A DNA stretch of 64,000 bases from an uncultured Bacteroidota bacterium (GTDB lineage: Bacteria; Bacteroidota; Bacteroidia; JABEUT01), in NCBI GenBank assembly GCA_903901055.1, contig CAIUPO010000103.1:1705-65704 (forward strand), in the 5' to 3' direction. The position numbers and the translations under genes were made by a program. The notes beneath the pieces were generated by a model. That model was not told where the DNA came from. It made no database searches and saw nothing but the letters and a program-made list of their open reading frames with translations. Below, one piece after another: positions 18,631-27,965 of this stretch; position 1 is the stretch's first letter, and every line of letters starts with the position of its first letter.

Positions 18631-20571
18631 ATGGGAGAGAATAAATTCCTCGATAAAATAGAATATCCTGCCGACCTCAGAAAACTGAAGTATGAGGATT
18701 TGCCAACTGTTTGCGCTGAACTGCGCCAATTCATTATTGACCTTGTATCGGAAAAAGGTGGTCACTTCGGCGGAAGCCTTGGTGTTGTAGAGCTTACCGT
18801 TGCATTGCATTATATATTCAACACTCCTTACGACCAACTGGTGTGGGACACTGGGCATCAGGCTTATGGGCATAAAATTCTCACAGGAAGAAGAAAAGTA
18901 TTTCATACAAACCGCCTCTATAAAGGCATTAGCGGATTTCCAAACCGCCACGAAAGCGAATATGATTCATTTGGTGTAGGGCATACCTCAACATCCATTT
19001 CGGCTGGTTTAGGAATGGCGGTTGCATCCAAATACAAAAAAGAATTTGACCGAAAACATATAGCAGTTATTGGCGACGGAGCCATGACTGCCGGACTTGC
19101 ATTTGAAGGATTGAACAATGCCGGAACATCAAAGGCTGACATTTTAGTAGTGTTGAATGACAACTGTATGTCAATTGATCCGAACGTAGGCGCATTGCGC
19201 GAGTATCTAACCAACATGACTACTTCCCCGACCTACAATAAAGTAAAGGATGAAGTGTGGCGTTTGTTGGGTAAAGTGAGCAAATTCGGGCCTAACGCAC
19301 AAGACATAGTTGCCAAAATTGAAAATGCCGTTAAAACCTCTCTGCTTAATCAGAGTAACCTTTTTGAGTCTTTGCATTTCCGCTATTTCGGGCCTGTTGA
19401 CGGGCATGATGTGGTGCACATGGCAAAGGTTTTAAATGACCTTAAGAAAATCCCCGGACCTAAAATATTACACGTTCTCACCTTAAAGGGGAAGGGCTAC
19501 AAATTTTCGGAAGAAGGCGACCAGACCTTTTGGCACTCTCCCGGAACGTTTAACAAAGATACTGGAGAAGTTATTAAATCTTCCTCCACCAAGCCTCAGC
19601 CGCCCAAATACCAGGATGTTTTCGGACATACCCTTGTTGAGTTAGCTGAGAAAAATGACAAAATAATGGGAATTACTCCCGCCATGCCTACCGGTTCATC
19701 GCTGAACATAATGATGAAGGCCATGCCCGACAGGGCTTTTGATGTGGGTATTGCCGAACAACATGCAGTAACATTCTCCGCAGGCCTTGCTACAAGAGGA
19801 TTGGTACCATATTGCAACATATACTCTTCTTTCATGCAGCGGGCTTACGACCAAGTTATACATGACGTAGCGATACAAAATCTGAAAGTTGTTTTTTGTT
19901 TAGATAGGGGAGGGATTGCGGGCTCTGACGGGCCTACCCATCATGGTAATTATGATTTAGCCTATTTCCGTTGCATCCCGAATATGATTGTGTCGGCACC
20001 CATGAATGAGATAGAACTTAGAAACCTGATGTACACTGCCCAATTAGATAAAGTCACAAGTCCTTTTTCTATCCGCTATCCCCGTGGAAATGGAGTCATT
20101 ATTGATTGGAAGCAACCATTTACCGAGATTCAGGTTGGTAAAGGCAGGAAAATAAAAGACGGAACTGATTTAGCTATACTCACAATCGGCCACCCCGGCA
20201 ATTTTGCGTTAGATGCTTGTAAAACTCTCGAAAACGAAGGTATTAATGCAGCACATTACGATATGCGTTTTGTGAAACCCATCGATGAGGAAATGTTGCA
20301 CGAAGTATTTAAAAATTTTAGTAAAATAATTACCGTTGAAGATGCCTGCCTTATGGGTGGTATGGGTAGCGCGGTGCTGGAATTTATGGCAGACAACAAT
20401 TATGCCGCAACGGTTGTAAGGCTTGGTATCCCTGATAGAGTTATTGAGCATGGTACCCAACAGGAATTGTATAAAGAATGCGGATATAGTACCGATGATA
20501 TTTTAACAGCAGCAAGAAACTTTACCGATAAAAAGAAGAAAAGCCATAAGGCTTTATTTATTACATTATGA
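18631..20571 (+). CDS. dxs: 1-deoxy-D-xylulose-5-phosphate synthase
   Basis: GGHFGGSLG, WDTGHQAY, GDGAMTAG, DVGIAEQHAV, DGPTHHG. Confidence 0.98.
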   Translation: MGENKFLDKIEYPADLRKLKYEDLPTVCAELRQFIIDLVSEKGGHFGGSLGVVELTVALHYIFNTPYDQLVWDTGHQAYGHKILTGRRKVFHTNRLYKGISGFPNRHESEYDSFGVGHTSTSISAGLGMAVASKYKKEFDRKHIAVIGDGAMTAGLAFEGLNNAGTSKADILVVLNDNCMSIDPNVGALREYLTNMTTSPTYNKVKDEVWRLLGKVSKFGPNAQDIVAKIENAVKTSLLNQSNLFESLHFRYFGPVDGHDVVHMAKVLNDLKKIPGPKILHVLTLKGKGYKFSEEGDQTFWHSPGTFNKDTGEVIKSSSTKPQPPKYQDVFGHTLVELAEKNDKIMGITPAMPTGSSLNIMMKAMPDRAFDVGIAEQHAVTFSAGLATRGLVPYCNIYSSFMQRAYDQVIHDVAIQNLKVVFCLDRGGIAGSDGPTHHGNYDLAYFRCIPNMIVSAPMNEIELRNLMYTAQLDKVTSPFSIRYPRGNGVIIDWKQPFTEIQVGKGRKIKDGTDLAILTIGHPGNFALDACKTLENEGINAAHYDMRFVKPIDEEMLHEVFKNFSKIITVEDACLMGGMGSAVLEFMADNNYAATVVRLGIPDRVIEHGTQQELYKECGYSTDDILTAARNFTDKKKKSHKALFITL

Positions 20572-20642
20572 GTTACCTCATAGGTAAAATAATCAGAGCC
20601 TTAATTGCTGTCATTTATAATAAAAATAAATCCAAATAAGCT

Positions 20643-21860
20643 ATGAATTTAAACTTACGACTTATGACTTGCGACTTACGACTCTTGCTCCTGTGTTTAG
20701 GATTCGGTTCGATGTCTGCAATTGCTCAAAACACTACCAATCCCGACATCCCACTCACAAACAAAGCAGGAAGCAAATATCAATTCACAATAATAAAAGA
20801 TAATGGTGCATTGAGTGTTAAAGATCAGAACCGCTCTGGGACCTGCTGGTGTTTCTCAACACAGTCTTTTTTAGAATCTGAATTGCTGAGGATGGGCAAA
20901 GGTAATATCCAATTATCAGAAATGTTTGTAGTGCACAATATGTATCTTCAAAAAGCAAAGAACTATGTGCGTTACCAAGGCCATGCCCAGTTTGGTGAAG
21001 GCGGAGAACCTCACGATGTTATTAATGCAGTCCGTGAATTTGGACTTGTGCCTGCAAGTGCTTATGTAGGTTTGCCGGACGATCAAGTAAAAGATGGACA
21101 ACTAAAACCTGTGATGGGTGAAATGGATGCAGTACTTAAAGATATATTAGATGAGGTAAATAAACTGCATGATGGAAAACTCAATTCAAATTGGTTTAAT
21201 GCATATCAGGGTGCATTGGATGGATATATGGGAGCTCCGCCAACCAATTTCACCTATGAAGGTAAAAGCTACACCCCTCAAACTTTTGCAAAATCGTTGG
21301 GAATAAACCCGGACGATTATGTAGAGATATCTTCTTTTACCCATCATCCGTTCTACTCTAAATTTATTTTAGAAGTGCCAGACAATTGGGCGAACTCAGA
21401 GGTTTATAATGTTCCCTTGGATGAGATGTATCAAATAGCAAATAATGCAATTCAGACCGGATATACAGTAGAGTGGGGCGCTGATGTTAGTGAACCGGGA
21501 TGCTCACCAAAGGCCAACAGCCTAGCTATTGTGCCTCAAATGGAATTGGGAAACATGACTGCATCTGACAAGGATTCCATGTTTTTAAAACCTATTCCTC
21601 AAAAAGAAATTACACAAGAACTGCGCCAGCAAGCATTTGATAACCTAAGCACCACTGATGATCATGGTATGCAAATAACAGGCTTGGCTAAAGACCAAAT
21701 GGGAAACCCATTTTTTATCGTTAAAAACTCTTGGGGAACTACAAATTATTGCAAAGGATATTTTTATGTTTCTGCACAGTATTTCGAATATAAAACAACC
21801 AGTATAATGGTAAATAAAAATGCTATTCCTGCTAACATCAGAAAGAAATTGGGGTTGTAA
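20643..21860 (+). CDS. Exported C1-family cysteine aminopeptidase (PepC-like)
   Basis: QNRSGTCW (catalytic Cys), DDHGM (His), VKNSWG (Asn). Confidence 0.92.
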   Translation: MNLNLRLMTCDLRLLLLCLGFGSMSAIAQNTTNPDIPLTNKAGSKYQFTIIKDNGALSVKDQNRSGTCWCFSTQSFLESELLRMGKGNIQLSEMFVVHNMYLQKAKNYVRYQGHAQFGEGGEPHDVINAVREFGLVPASAYVGLPDDQVKDGQLKPVMGEMDAVLKDILDEVNKLHDGKLNSNWFNAYQGALDGYMGAPPTNFTYEGKSYTPQTFAKSLGINPDDYVEISSFTHHPFYSKFILEVPDNWANSEVYNVPLDEMYQIANNAIQTGYTVEWGADVSEPGCSPKANSLAIVPQMELGNMTASDKDSMFLKPIPQKEITQELRQQAFDNLSTTDDHGMQITGLAKDQMGNPFFIVKNSWGTTNYCKGYFYVSAQYFEYKTTSIMVNKNAIPANIRKKLGL

Positions 21861-21885
21861 ACAAAATCAATAAACTTAATAAAAG

Positions 21886-21918
21886 AAAAGGGTTGCAATT
21901 TGCAGCCCTTTTTTCTTT
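21886..21918 (+). terminator. Intrinsic terminator
   Basis: AAAAGGGTTGCA-ATT-TGCAGCCCTTTT followed by a T-run. Confidence 0.8.
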
Positions 21919-21953
21919 TATATTTGATTCATATTTAGCCTGAAACCACTAGC

Positions 21954-23267
21954 ATGAAACTAAAACTATTTATTTGCTTATCACTCTTAGGTCTTAGTTC
22001 TTCGCTCTTCGCTCAATCCTGGCATCTTCTCCCTTCCTCTCCCGCCCAAACCTTCCGCCACGATGATTTGTATTTTATAAATGCTGATACCGGTTGGGTT
22101 GTAAACGTAAGCGGTCAGGTATGGACTACCAAAGATGGTGGCAATTCATGGACTCAATTAATAAATCAACCATCCTCATTTCGGTGTGTAGGCTTTTTTG
22201 ATGCAATGCATGGATGCATTGGTAATCTGGGTCCCGGCAATTGGGCACCAACGAATGACACTAATCCAATTTACAAAACATCAGACGGAGGAAATACACT
22301 GCAACTTCCTCTAATTGTCGGGCCTAAGCCAAAAGGTATTTGTGGATTGTCAGTAGTGAATGATACAATCATAATGGCAACTGGCAGATTTGACGGGCCT
22401 CCCTATTTTATGAAAAGTACCAATCAAGGAAACACTTTCTACTCCCGCAAAATGGATACCCTTGCCGGAATGTTGATTGACACCTATTTTATGACACCTG
22501 ATTCCGGGTTTGTAGTAGGTGGCACTGATTCTATTGAAGGACTTTCTTATTCCGTTATTTTATTTACATCAGATGGTGGCAAAAACTGGACAAAAAAAAT
22601 TACGGGCACTAAACAAGGAAACCATTGCTGGAAAATCAGCCATCCCTCCAAAAATGTTTTTTATGTTTCAGTAGAAGAATTATATAGTAATAATACCTTA
22701 CGCTTTTTTAAATCGAGCGACCGTGGAAATACCTGGAGCGAGGAAGTAATTTCAAATGTGCCTTATGGATGGAGCCAGGGAATTGGTTTCAGAAATGATT
22801 CGGTTGGCTGGGTAGGTGGTAATTCGTATGCCTTACATACGCGAGATAGCGGCAAAACATGGGATACGGTTAGCCCATCGAATGTGTTGGTTAATTTAAA
22901 CAGGGTTCGCTTTTTAAGTGACACATTGGCCTACGCCGTCGGACAACGAGTTTACAAATATAATGGTCTACCAACCTCTATCAATAATAGTATAAAAGAC
23001 CTTAGTGGTTATTCTTTATCTCAAAATGTACCAAATCCGTTTACAAATTCTACTGTTATTACTTTCACAATTCCTCAATCACAACTGGTACATATCGAGA
23101 TTTTTGATAATGGCGGCAGAAGAATACAAACCCTTGTTAATTCGTTAACTCCACCGGGAACTTACCATGTAGAGTTTACCATTCCCCAACCGCGCAACTT
23201 TTCCTTTATTTGTGCTATGTCGGCTGGCCCTTTTGCCAAAACAATAAAGATGATATCTATTAAATAA
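21954..23267 (+). CDS. YCF48-like BNR-repeat beta-propeller with T9SS C-terminal domain
   Basis: TKDGGNSW, SDGGKNW, SDRGNTW boxes; LSQNVPNPF CTD. Confidence 0.85.
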   Translation: MKLKLFICLSLLGLSSSLFAQSWHLLPSSPAQTFRHDDLYFINADTGWVVNVSGQVWTTKDGGNSWTQLINQPSSFRCVGFFDAMHGCIGNLGPGNWAPTNDTNPIYKTSDGGNTLQLPLIVGPKPKGICGLSVVNDTIIMATGRFDGPPYFMKSTNQGNTFYSRKMDTLAGMLIDTYFMTPDSGFVVGGTDSIEGLSYSVILFTSDGGKNWTKKITGTKQGNHCWKISHPSKNVFYVSVEELYSNNTLRFFKSSDRGNTWSEEVISNVPYGWSQGIGFRNDSVGWVGGNSYALHTRDSGKTWDTVSPSNVLVNLNRVRFLSDTLAYAVGQRVYKYNGLPTSINNSIKDLSGYSLSQNVPNPFTNSTVITFTIPQSQLVHIEIFDNGGRRIQTLVNSLTPPGTYHVEFTIPQPRNFSFICAMSAGPFAKTIKMISIK

Positions 23268-23273
23268 GCGTTT

Positions 23274-24113
23274 CTAAAACCTTATTTCAAAACCTAAACC
23301 CACGCTAATTGCCTGGTAAAAAACCATAGGGCTTACCTCCGTTTGATGATTTAAATTGGTTAGTGTAAGAGAAGTTCCTTTACCTGCATTATTTTGATAG
23401 ACTGACAAATTATAAGAAGCCGGGACATTTGAATATGTAAGGGGGCAACCCTGATAATGCAAATTAATAAAGAACTGTAACCGGTTATTCAGTGAATAGT
23501 AAAGCCCTTCATCAACCCTGAACGAAAATGAATATGCATATATTTTAGGCGTATCCCAGGTTTCAATAGTATCAATACTGTTGCCGTTTTTATCAGGTGC
23601 ACCCTGCAAATGATTTCCAACCACTTCAACTTCCGGAATACTGCAGCCCATGATGCCCAGCAATACACGTGATTTTAAAAATATATTACCGCTTTTGCTT
23701 ATTGGTAAGTCATAATATCCGCCAATCATTATTGATTGTTCCACCAATTGTCCGCTTTTTAATACTTCAGCGTTTTGGTATAACCCCGGATGGTTATTTA
23801 TCAGTTCCGAAACACCTGAACTTGAAGGGTCAATTGCAAAAAGGCCTTCGGATAAAGTAACCATTCCCCCATATTTAGAATTGATTTTATAACCTAATGA
23901 CAACTCAAAAGATGATGCAGTGCTAACAACTGAGTTACAGGGGTAGTTGATATTTATATTCGAAAAACTTCCGGTTGGGAATGAGCCAGAAAGTTCAAAT
24001 CCAACCGAAAATTTATTTTTATCGGAAGAAAAACGGCTTACGTCTTGGGAAAAAGTAGTTTCGGCTATTAAAATGGCTAAAACACTGAGAAGTAATGGAA
24101 TTAAACGTTTCAT
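23274..24113 (-). CDS. Outer-membrane beta-barrel protein
   Basis: Signal peptide MKRLIPLL from 24113; alternating beta-strands; C-terminal GLGFEIRF. Confidence 0.75.
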   Translation of the reverse strand: MKRLIPLLLSVLAILIAETTFSQDVSRFSSDKNKFSVGFELSGSFPTGSFSNININYPCNSVVSTASSFELSLGYKINSKYGGMVTLSEGLFAIDPSSSGVSELINNHPGLYQNAEVLKSGQLVEQSIMIGGYYDLPISKSGNIFLKSRVLLGIMGCSIPEVEVVGNHLQGAPDKNGNSIDTIETWDTPKIYAYSFSFRVDEGLYYSLNNRLQFFINLHYQGCPLTYSNVPASYNLSVYQNNAGKGTSLTLTNLNHQTEVSPMVFYQAISVGLGFEIRF

Positions 24114-24287
24114 TTTATAAAGCGGGCAAAGGTAAAAAAAAATAAAAAATAATTTTTTTCTGAAATAATGTGTTTTGAATTGGATATGAGCATTAAATGA
24201 CAAACGTGAATATTTTTTTTAGTTAAGTCATGTTAAAATATGATGTAAGTATACTAATATTATGTAAATATGTACTAATATTGCGAC

Positions 24288-25157
24288 ATGACAAAACTAA
24301 TAGAAACCAAAGTAACCGAACAGCTTCCTCAACTTAAGTCTTTACTTAAGGATGTGAAGCCTTATCTGAAGCCCAGGATAAGAATGTTATTAGCGCTTAA
24401 AAAAGAGCGCAGGGCCACGAGAATTAATATAGCCAAAGCTTCCGGAGCCAGCTACAGTTCCATTTTAAAGTGGAGCGAATTGTATGACAAGGGCGGACTT
24501 AAAGCCCTTATGCAATTGCAGGACAAAGGCCACCGCAGGTTTTTATGGCCGGATCAGATTCGCAAAGATCTTGAGTCAAGACTCAAGAGCGGCGAACCTA
24601 CCAGCTATAAAGAATTGCACAAGTGGTTGCAGAAAAAACATGGTTTGAAGGTTAGTCTTCCTACCTTGTATAAGTATGCGCGCAAAGATTTCGGCGAAGA
24701 AATCCGCGAATTGAGGTTGAATCAACTTCCTCAAATCAAAGAATCACTTGCTGAATTGAAAGAAGCCTACAAACTTGCTTTACCACGAATCAAGCCCAGG
24801 ATTCAAATCCTGATCATGGTAAAAGAAAGGAAAATCAACGGTATTGGCGACATTACCCGCGAAACAGGAAGTTCTTTCATGCGTATTATGAACTGCCTTG
24901 AATTATACAAGAAAGGTGGTTTAGCACGTGTACGTCAAAGCCAGGCAGGACCATTCCGTACGATTATCAATGAAGAAACGCACAATGCAATTAAGAAGCG
25001 TCTTCAAAGCAAACCGAACGAAAAGCTGTCTGACTTGCACCGTTGGCTGCAAAAGAATTATTTACCAAAACTTCAGTATGTTACCTTACACTCACACTTA
25101 AGGAAACATTTCCCTGGTAAATCAAGAGCCGGCAAAAGCAAGAAGAGGTTTCACTAA
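24288..25157 (+). CDS. DNA-binding protein made of two tandem IS630-type winged-HTH modules, no DDE domain
   Basis: Internal duplication (KPRIRML..LYDKGGL..LHKWLQK..TLYKY vs KPRIQIL..LYKKGGL..LHRWLQK..TLHSH) resembling IS630 ORF-A. Confidence 0.75.
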   Translation: MTKLIETKVTEQLPQLKSLLKDVKPYLKPRIRMLLALKKERRATRINIAKASGASYSSILKWSELYDKGGLKALMQLQDKGHRRFLWPDQIRKDLESRLKSGEPTSYKELHKWLQKKHGLKVSLPTLYKYARKDFGEEIRELRLNQLPQIKESLAELKEAYKLALPRIKPRIQILIMVKERKINGIGDITRETGSSFMRIMNCLELYKKGGLARVRQSQAGPFRTIINEETHNAIKKRLQSKPNEKLSDLHRWLQKNYLPKLQYVTLHSHLRKHFPGKSRAGKSKKRFH

Positions 25158-25184
25158 CTCTCGGAAATTTTTAACCCTTTAACC

Positions 25185-25220
25185 ATTAGTCCCGTATCGC
25201 CTACGGGACTAATTTGTTTT
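25185..25220 (+). terminator. Intrinsic terminator
   Basis: ATTAGTCCCGTA-TCGCC-TACGGGACTAAT followed by TTGTTTT. Confidence 0.8.
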
Positions 25221-25327
25221 ATGCAATCTACCAATCATTTTAGTAGTATTTTGATGGTGGGGAGTTTTCCCTCTCCAAAAATGAGGGGGCAGACCAGTCC
25301 CGACCGAAGCGTCGGTAGTGAAGTCTA

Positions 25328-25816
25328 CTATTTTATTGCCCCGCTCAATATCCCCAGCCCAACCTTACACAAGGCTCTGGCATGGCCTCTCAACTTTTTT
25401 GCAGCTCTTGGATATTTTTTGCACCAATCGGCAAAACCATCTTTGGATGAACCACCTCTTGATGAGCTACCTCTTGATGAGCTACCTCTTGCAGGTGCAT
25501 TGCCGTAATGGTAATTATGTTGACTCACATCGTATCCGCTTTGCTGAGTAGTTGTCTCTTGTTGTTGATTAGAACCAGCAAGTGCATCATTGATTTTTTT
25601 CTTGAATTGCTTTCTGTCCGAACAGTCAACATTTAATAATGCAGCAGCATCTATTGAATTACTTGCCGCCCAATTACCAAGTGCAGTTGCAGCCTCCTGA
25701 TGCCTTTTGGCCCAGATGCCCATTTTTATTTTTGGGGAACAACCATAAAAAGCTAAGAGTAAAGAACTAAGAGCTAAGAATAAAAACAATTTACAGTGAA
25801 CGCGATTTTTTAACAT
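25328..25816 (-). CDS. Hypothetical lipoprotein with RGSSS low-complexity linker
   Basis: Lipobox FYGC; 15-bp tandem repeats encoding RGSSSRGSSSRGGSS. Confidence 0.7.
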   Translation of the reverse strand: MLKNRVHCKLFLFLALSSLLLAFYGCSPKIKMGIWAKRHQEAATALGNWAASNSIDAAALLNVDCSDRKQFKKKINDALAGSNQQQETTTQQSGYDVSQHNYHYGNAPARGSSSRGSSSRGGSSKDGFADWCKKYPRAAKKLRGHARALCKVGLGILSGAIK

Positions 25817-25887
25817 GCGGCGAAGATAGGGAAAGAAGATAAATCTCCCTTCCGATAAATTTTAAAACAAAAAAGATTTGTACGCTA

Positions 25888-26370
25888 CTATTTTACCACA
25901 ATAGTAATCATCGCATGCCAGTCATCTCCATACGACATGTGTGAACCGTCGGCAAATTGCAAAGTAAGTGTATGCGAGCCCGGGCTCAATGAAAGGGTGT
26001 CAACCGTTTGTCCTTTTCCAAAATGTAGGTGGGTTTCATCTTTTGGCACCATTTGGCCTTTTACTACATAATTGCCATCAATAATTAAATGGTGGTGTCC
26101 TGTTTTTATATCCATTGTGCCCATTGGTGCAACAGTCTTTCCTTTTACACCCATTTGAACAACAAATGGTGATTTTACGGTATCCCAGTTTTTCAGGTTT
26201 ACAAAATATACGCCGCTGTCCTTAGGTTCATTAGGATTGGTTGATGTTGTTTGTGTAGTAGAAGTGTTCGTAGTGGTTGTTGTAGTAGTGGTAGATTTTG
26301 TATCAGTTGGTTGGTTGCAAGCTACAACTGCTGCAAGCAATGCGATTGGTAATAATAAAATAGGTTTCAT
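25888..26370 (-). CDS. DUF4399-family lipoprotein
   Basis: Lipobox VAC, Thr-rich linker, GHHHLIID, HLHFGKGQT, LTLQFADGSH. Confidence 0.9.
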   Translation of the reverse strand: MKPILLLPIALLAAVVACNQPTDTKSTTTTTTTTNTSTTQTTSTNPNEPKDSGVYFVNLKNWDTVKSPFVVQMGVKGKTVAPMGTMDIKTGHHHLIIDGNYVVKGQMVPKDETHLHFGKGQTVDTLSLSPGSHTLTLQFADGSHMSYGDDWHAMITIVVK

Positions 26371-26618
26371 AGATGGAGTGTGTTTTGGTTTGAGTGTAAA
26401 GATAGATTATTTCCATATATAAATTTTCACGATTTTTTATGAAAATAGCTTTTCGAAATCTAACATTTCTTTATCGATTGAAGCTATCAACAAGCCCACT
26501 ATCGCGAGATATTCGTATTGAAATAGCATAGGCTTCAATATTGTAACATGTGTTGATTTCAAATTTTACAGGTAAATAGCATGCAAATAAGAAAATTATT
26601 AAGGATGGATCCTAAATA

Positions 26619-26882
26619 TTATTTATCCCCTTTCTTGTTATATGACCTGGTTAAAAAATATGGAACCTGAATATTTTGATTGCCAACATAATCACACGGT
26701 ATAGGTTGACCACTAATCCCTATAATATTAACATTTACAGTATCATATCCCTTTGTAGTCCTATTTAAAGGTAGATTATTTGCTTCCGCCTTAGGAATAA
26801 TTGAAGCATTCTGAATTACTAGAGCAACTAAAGCAACAGCAATAATTGTAAGCACTGTTTTTGTGTAAAAATCTGTTTTCAT
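26619..26882 (-). CDS. Small membrane-anchored hypothetical protein
   Basis: MKTDFYTKTVLTIIAVAL N-terminal TM. Confidence 0.7.
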   Translation of the reverse strand: MKTDFYTKTVLTIIAVALVALVIQNASIIPKAEANNLPLNRTTKGYDTVNVNIIGISGQPIPCDYVGNQNIQVPYFLTRSYNKKGDK

Positions 26883-26975
26883 AGTTTTTAATTTTTTATA
26901 CAAAAGTAAAAACTATTTCGACTTTAAAGTAACTGTTAGGCATCGATTACTTAAACTTTAAATCCTTTTGAGATT

Positions 26976-27797
26976 TTAATTTTTACAATATTTTAGTATT
27001 TTTTTAATTGCATTTTCAAGTAAATCCATAAATTCGGGTTGTAATTTAACCACTGGAAGTTTTTTAGTATAAGTTTTTAAAGGATCTTTACCTTTATTCG
27101 GATAGCGTGCAGCTTCACAATGATGAGAAGTTATGAAAGCGCAAACAAAAATAACAGTGTGGATTTTTTGTATTTGGAATAGTTCTTCAAAGTATTTAAT
27201 TAAATATTCACACAGCAACTTGACTTGGTCATCATCTTTCATTACTTCATAAATTTCATCTTTCCCCTTTATCTTTCCAAGTTTCCCGAACCCGTCTGCG
27301 TATTCAAGCATTTTGCTTTTGAAGCTATCTTTAAACTCCTGAGGCATTTTAAATTTGGAATCATTTATTTCATAAAGAGTGTAAAGAATGTCGTTTAAAG
27401 TAATTAAAGGAATATTAATTATTTCCTCATTATAGCGTTTATCAAAAAGGGTTTGAATATCGTTTAGTTTCTGATAATAACCATTAATATCTAAGTCTTT
27501 AAATGGAGTAATAGTATTCAGCATCGGGTTTTTTGTATACGCATAAATCAATTCTTCCACTTCTAATTTCTTTTGCCTAACAGCGTTTCTTTGAACTTTT
27601 GCAGATTGATGGCTTACTTTTTTTAAACCATCCTCTCCAATAAGTTGATCAAGTAAACCAAAAGCCTTATTAGCTTTTTCTGCTGCTTGTTGAAAAGAAA
27701 AAAATGATTGTGAGTAAAATCTTTTATTATAAAGATAGTTAGAGGCTTTAATATCGCTTTTGGCAATTCTAAGTAAATTCTCGGCGAACTTATTCAT
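26976..27797 (-). CDS. HEPN-domain protein with a large helical insertion
   Basis: N-terminal AKSDIKAS..LY...FQQAAEKANKA and C-terminal ARYP motif. Confidence 0.75.
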   Translation of the reverse strand: MNKFAENLLRIAKSDIKASNYLYNKRFYSQSFFSFQQAAEKANKAFGLLDQLIGEDGLKKVSHQSAKVQRNAVRQKKLEVEELIYAYTKNPMLNTITPFKDLDINGYYQKLNDIQTLFDKRYNEEIINIPLITLNDILYTLYEINDSKFKMPQEFKDSFKSKMLEYADGFGKLGKIKGKDEIYEVMKDDDQVKLLCEYLIKYFEELFQIQKIHTVIFVCAFITSHHCEAARYPNKGKDPLKTYTKKLPVVKLQPEFMDLLENAIKKILKYCKN

Positions 27798-27965
27798 GTT
27801 TTTAAGTTACTTCAATATTACAAACTTTGGTCAACTATAAAGTTGGAATCTTTTAAGGTTTCTATCCCTTCTTTTTCAAAACTTATTCACAATCCGAAAT
27901 AGTTGTTTCGGAAATAGCATATATTTGCAGCGAATTTCAAAAAAAGAGGCTAAAAATACCTCAAA

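Noticed and set aside
24288-25157. Active IS630 element
   Set aside because: No DDE domain in any downstream frame, no terminal inverted repeats, followed by a terminator
25221-25551. Plus-strand ORFs 25221-25508 and 25318-25551
   Set aside because: Antisense shadows of the 25328-25816 lipoprotein and its 15-bp repeats
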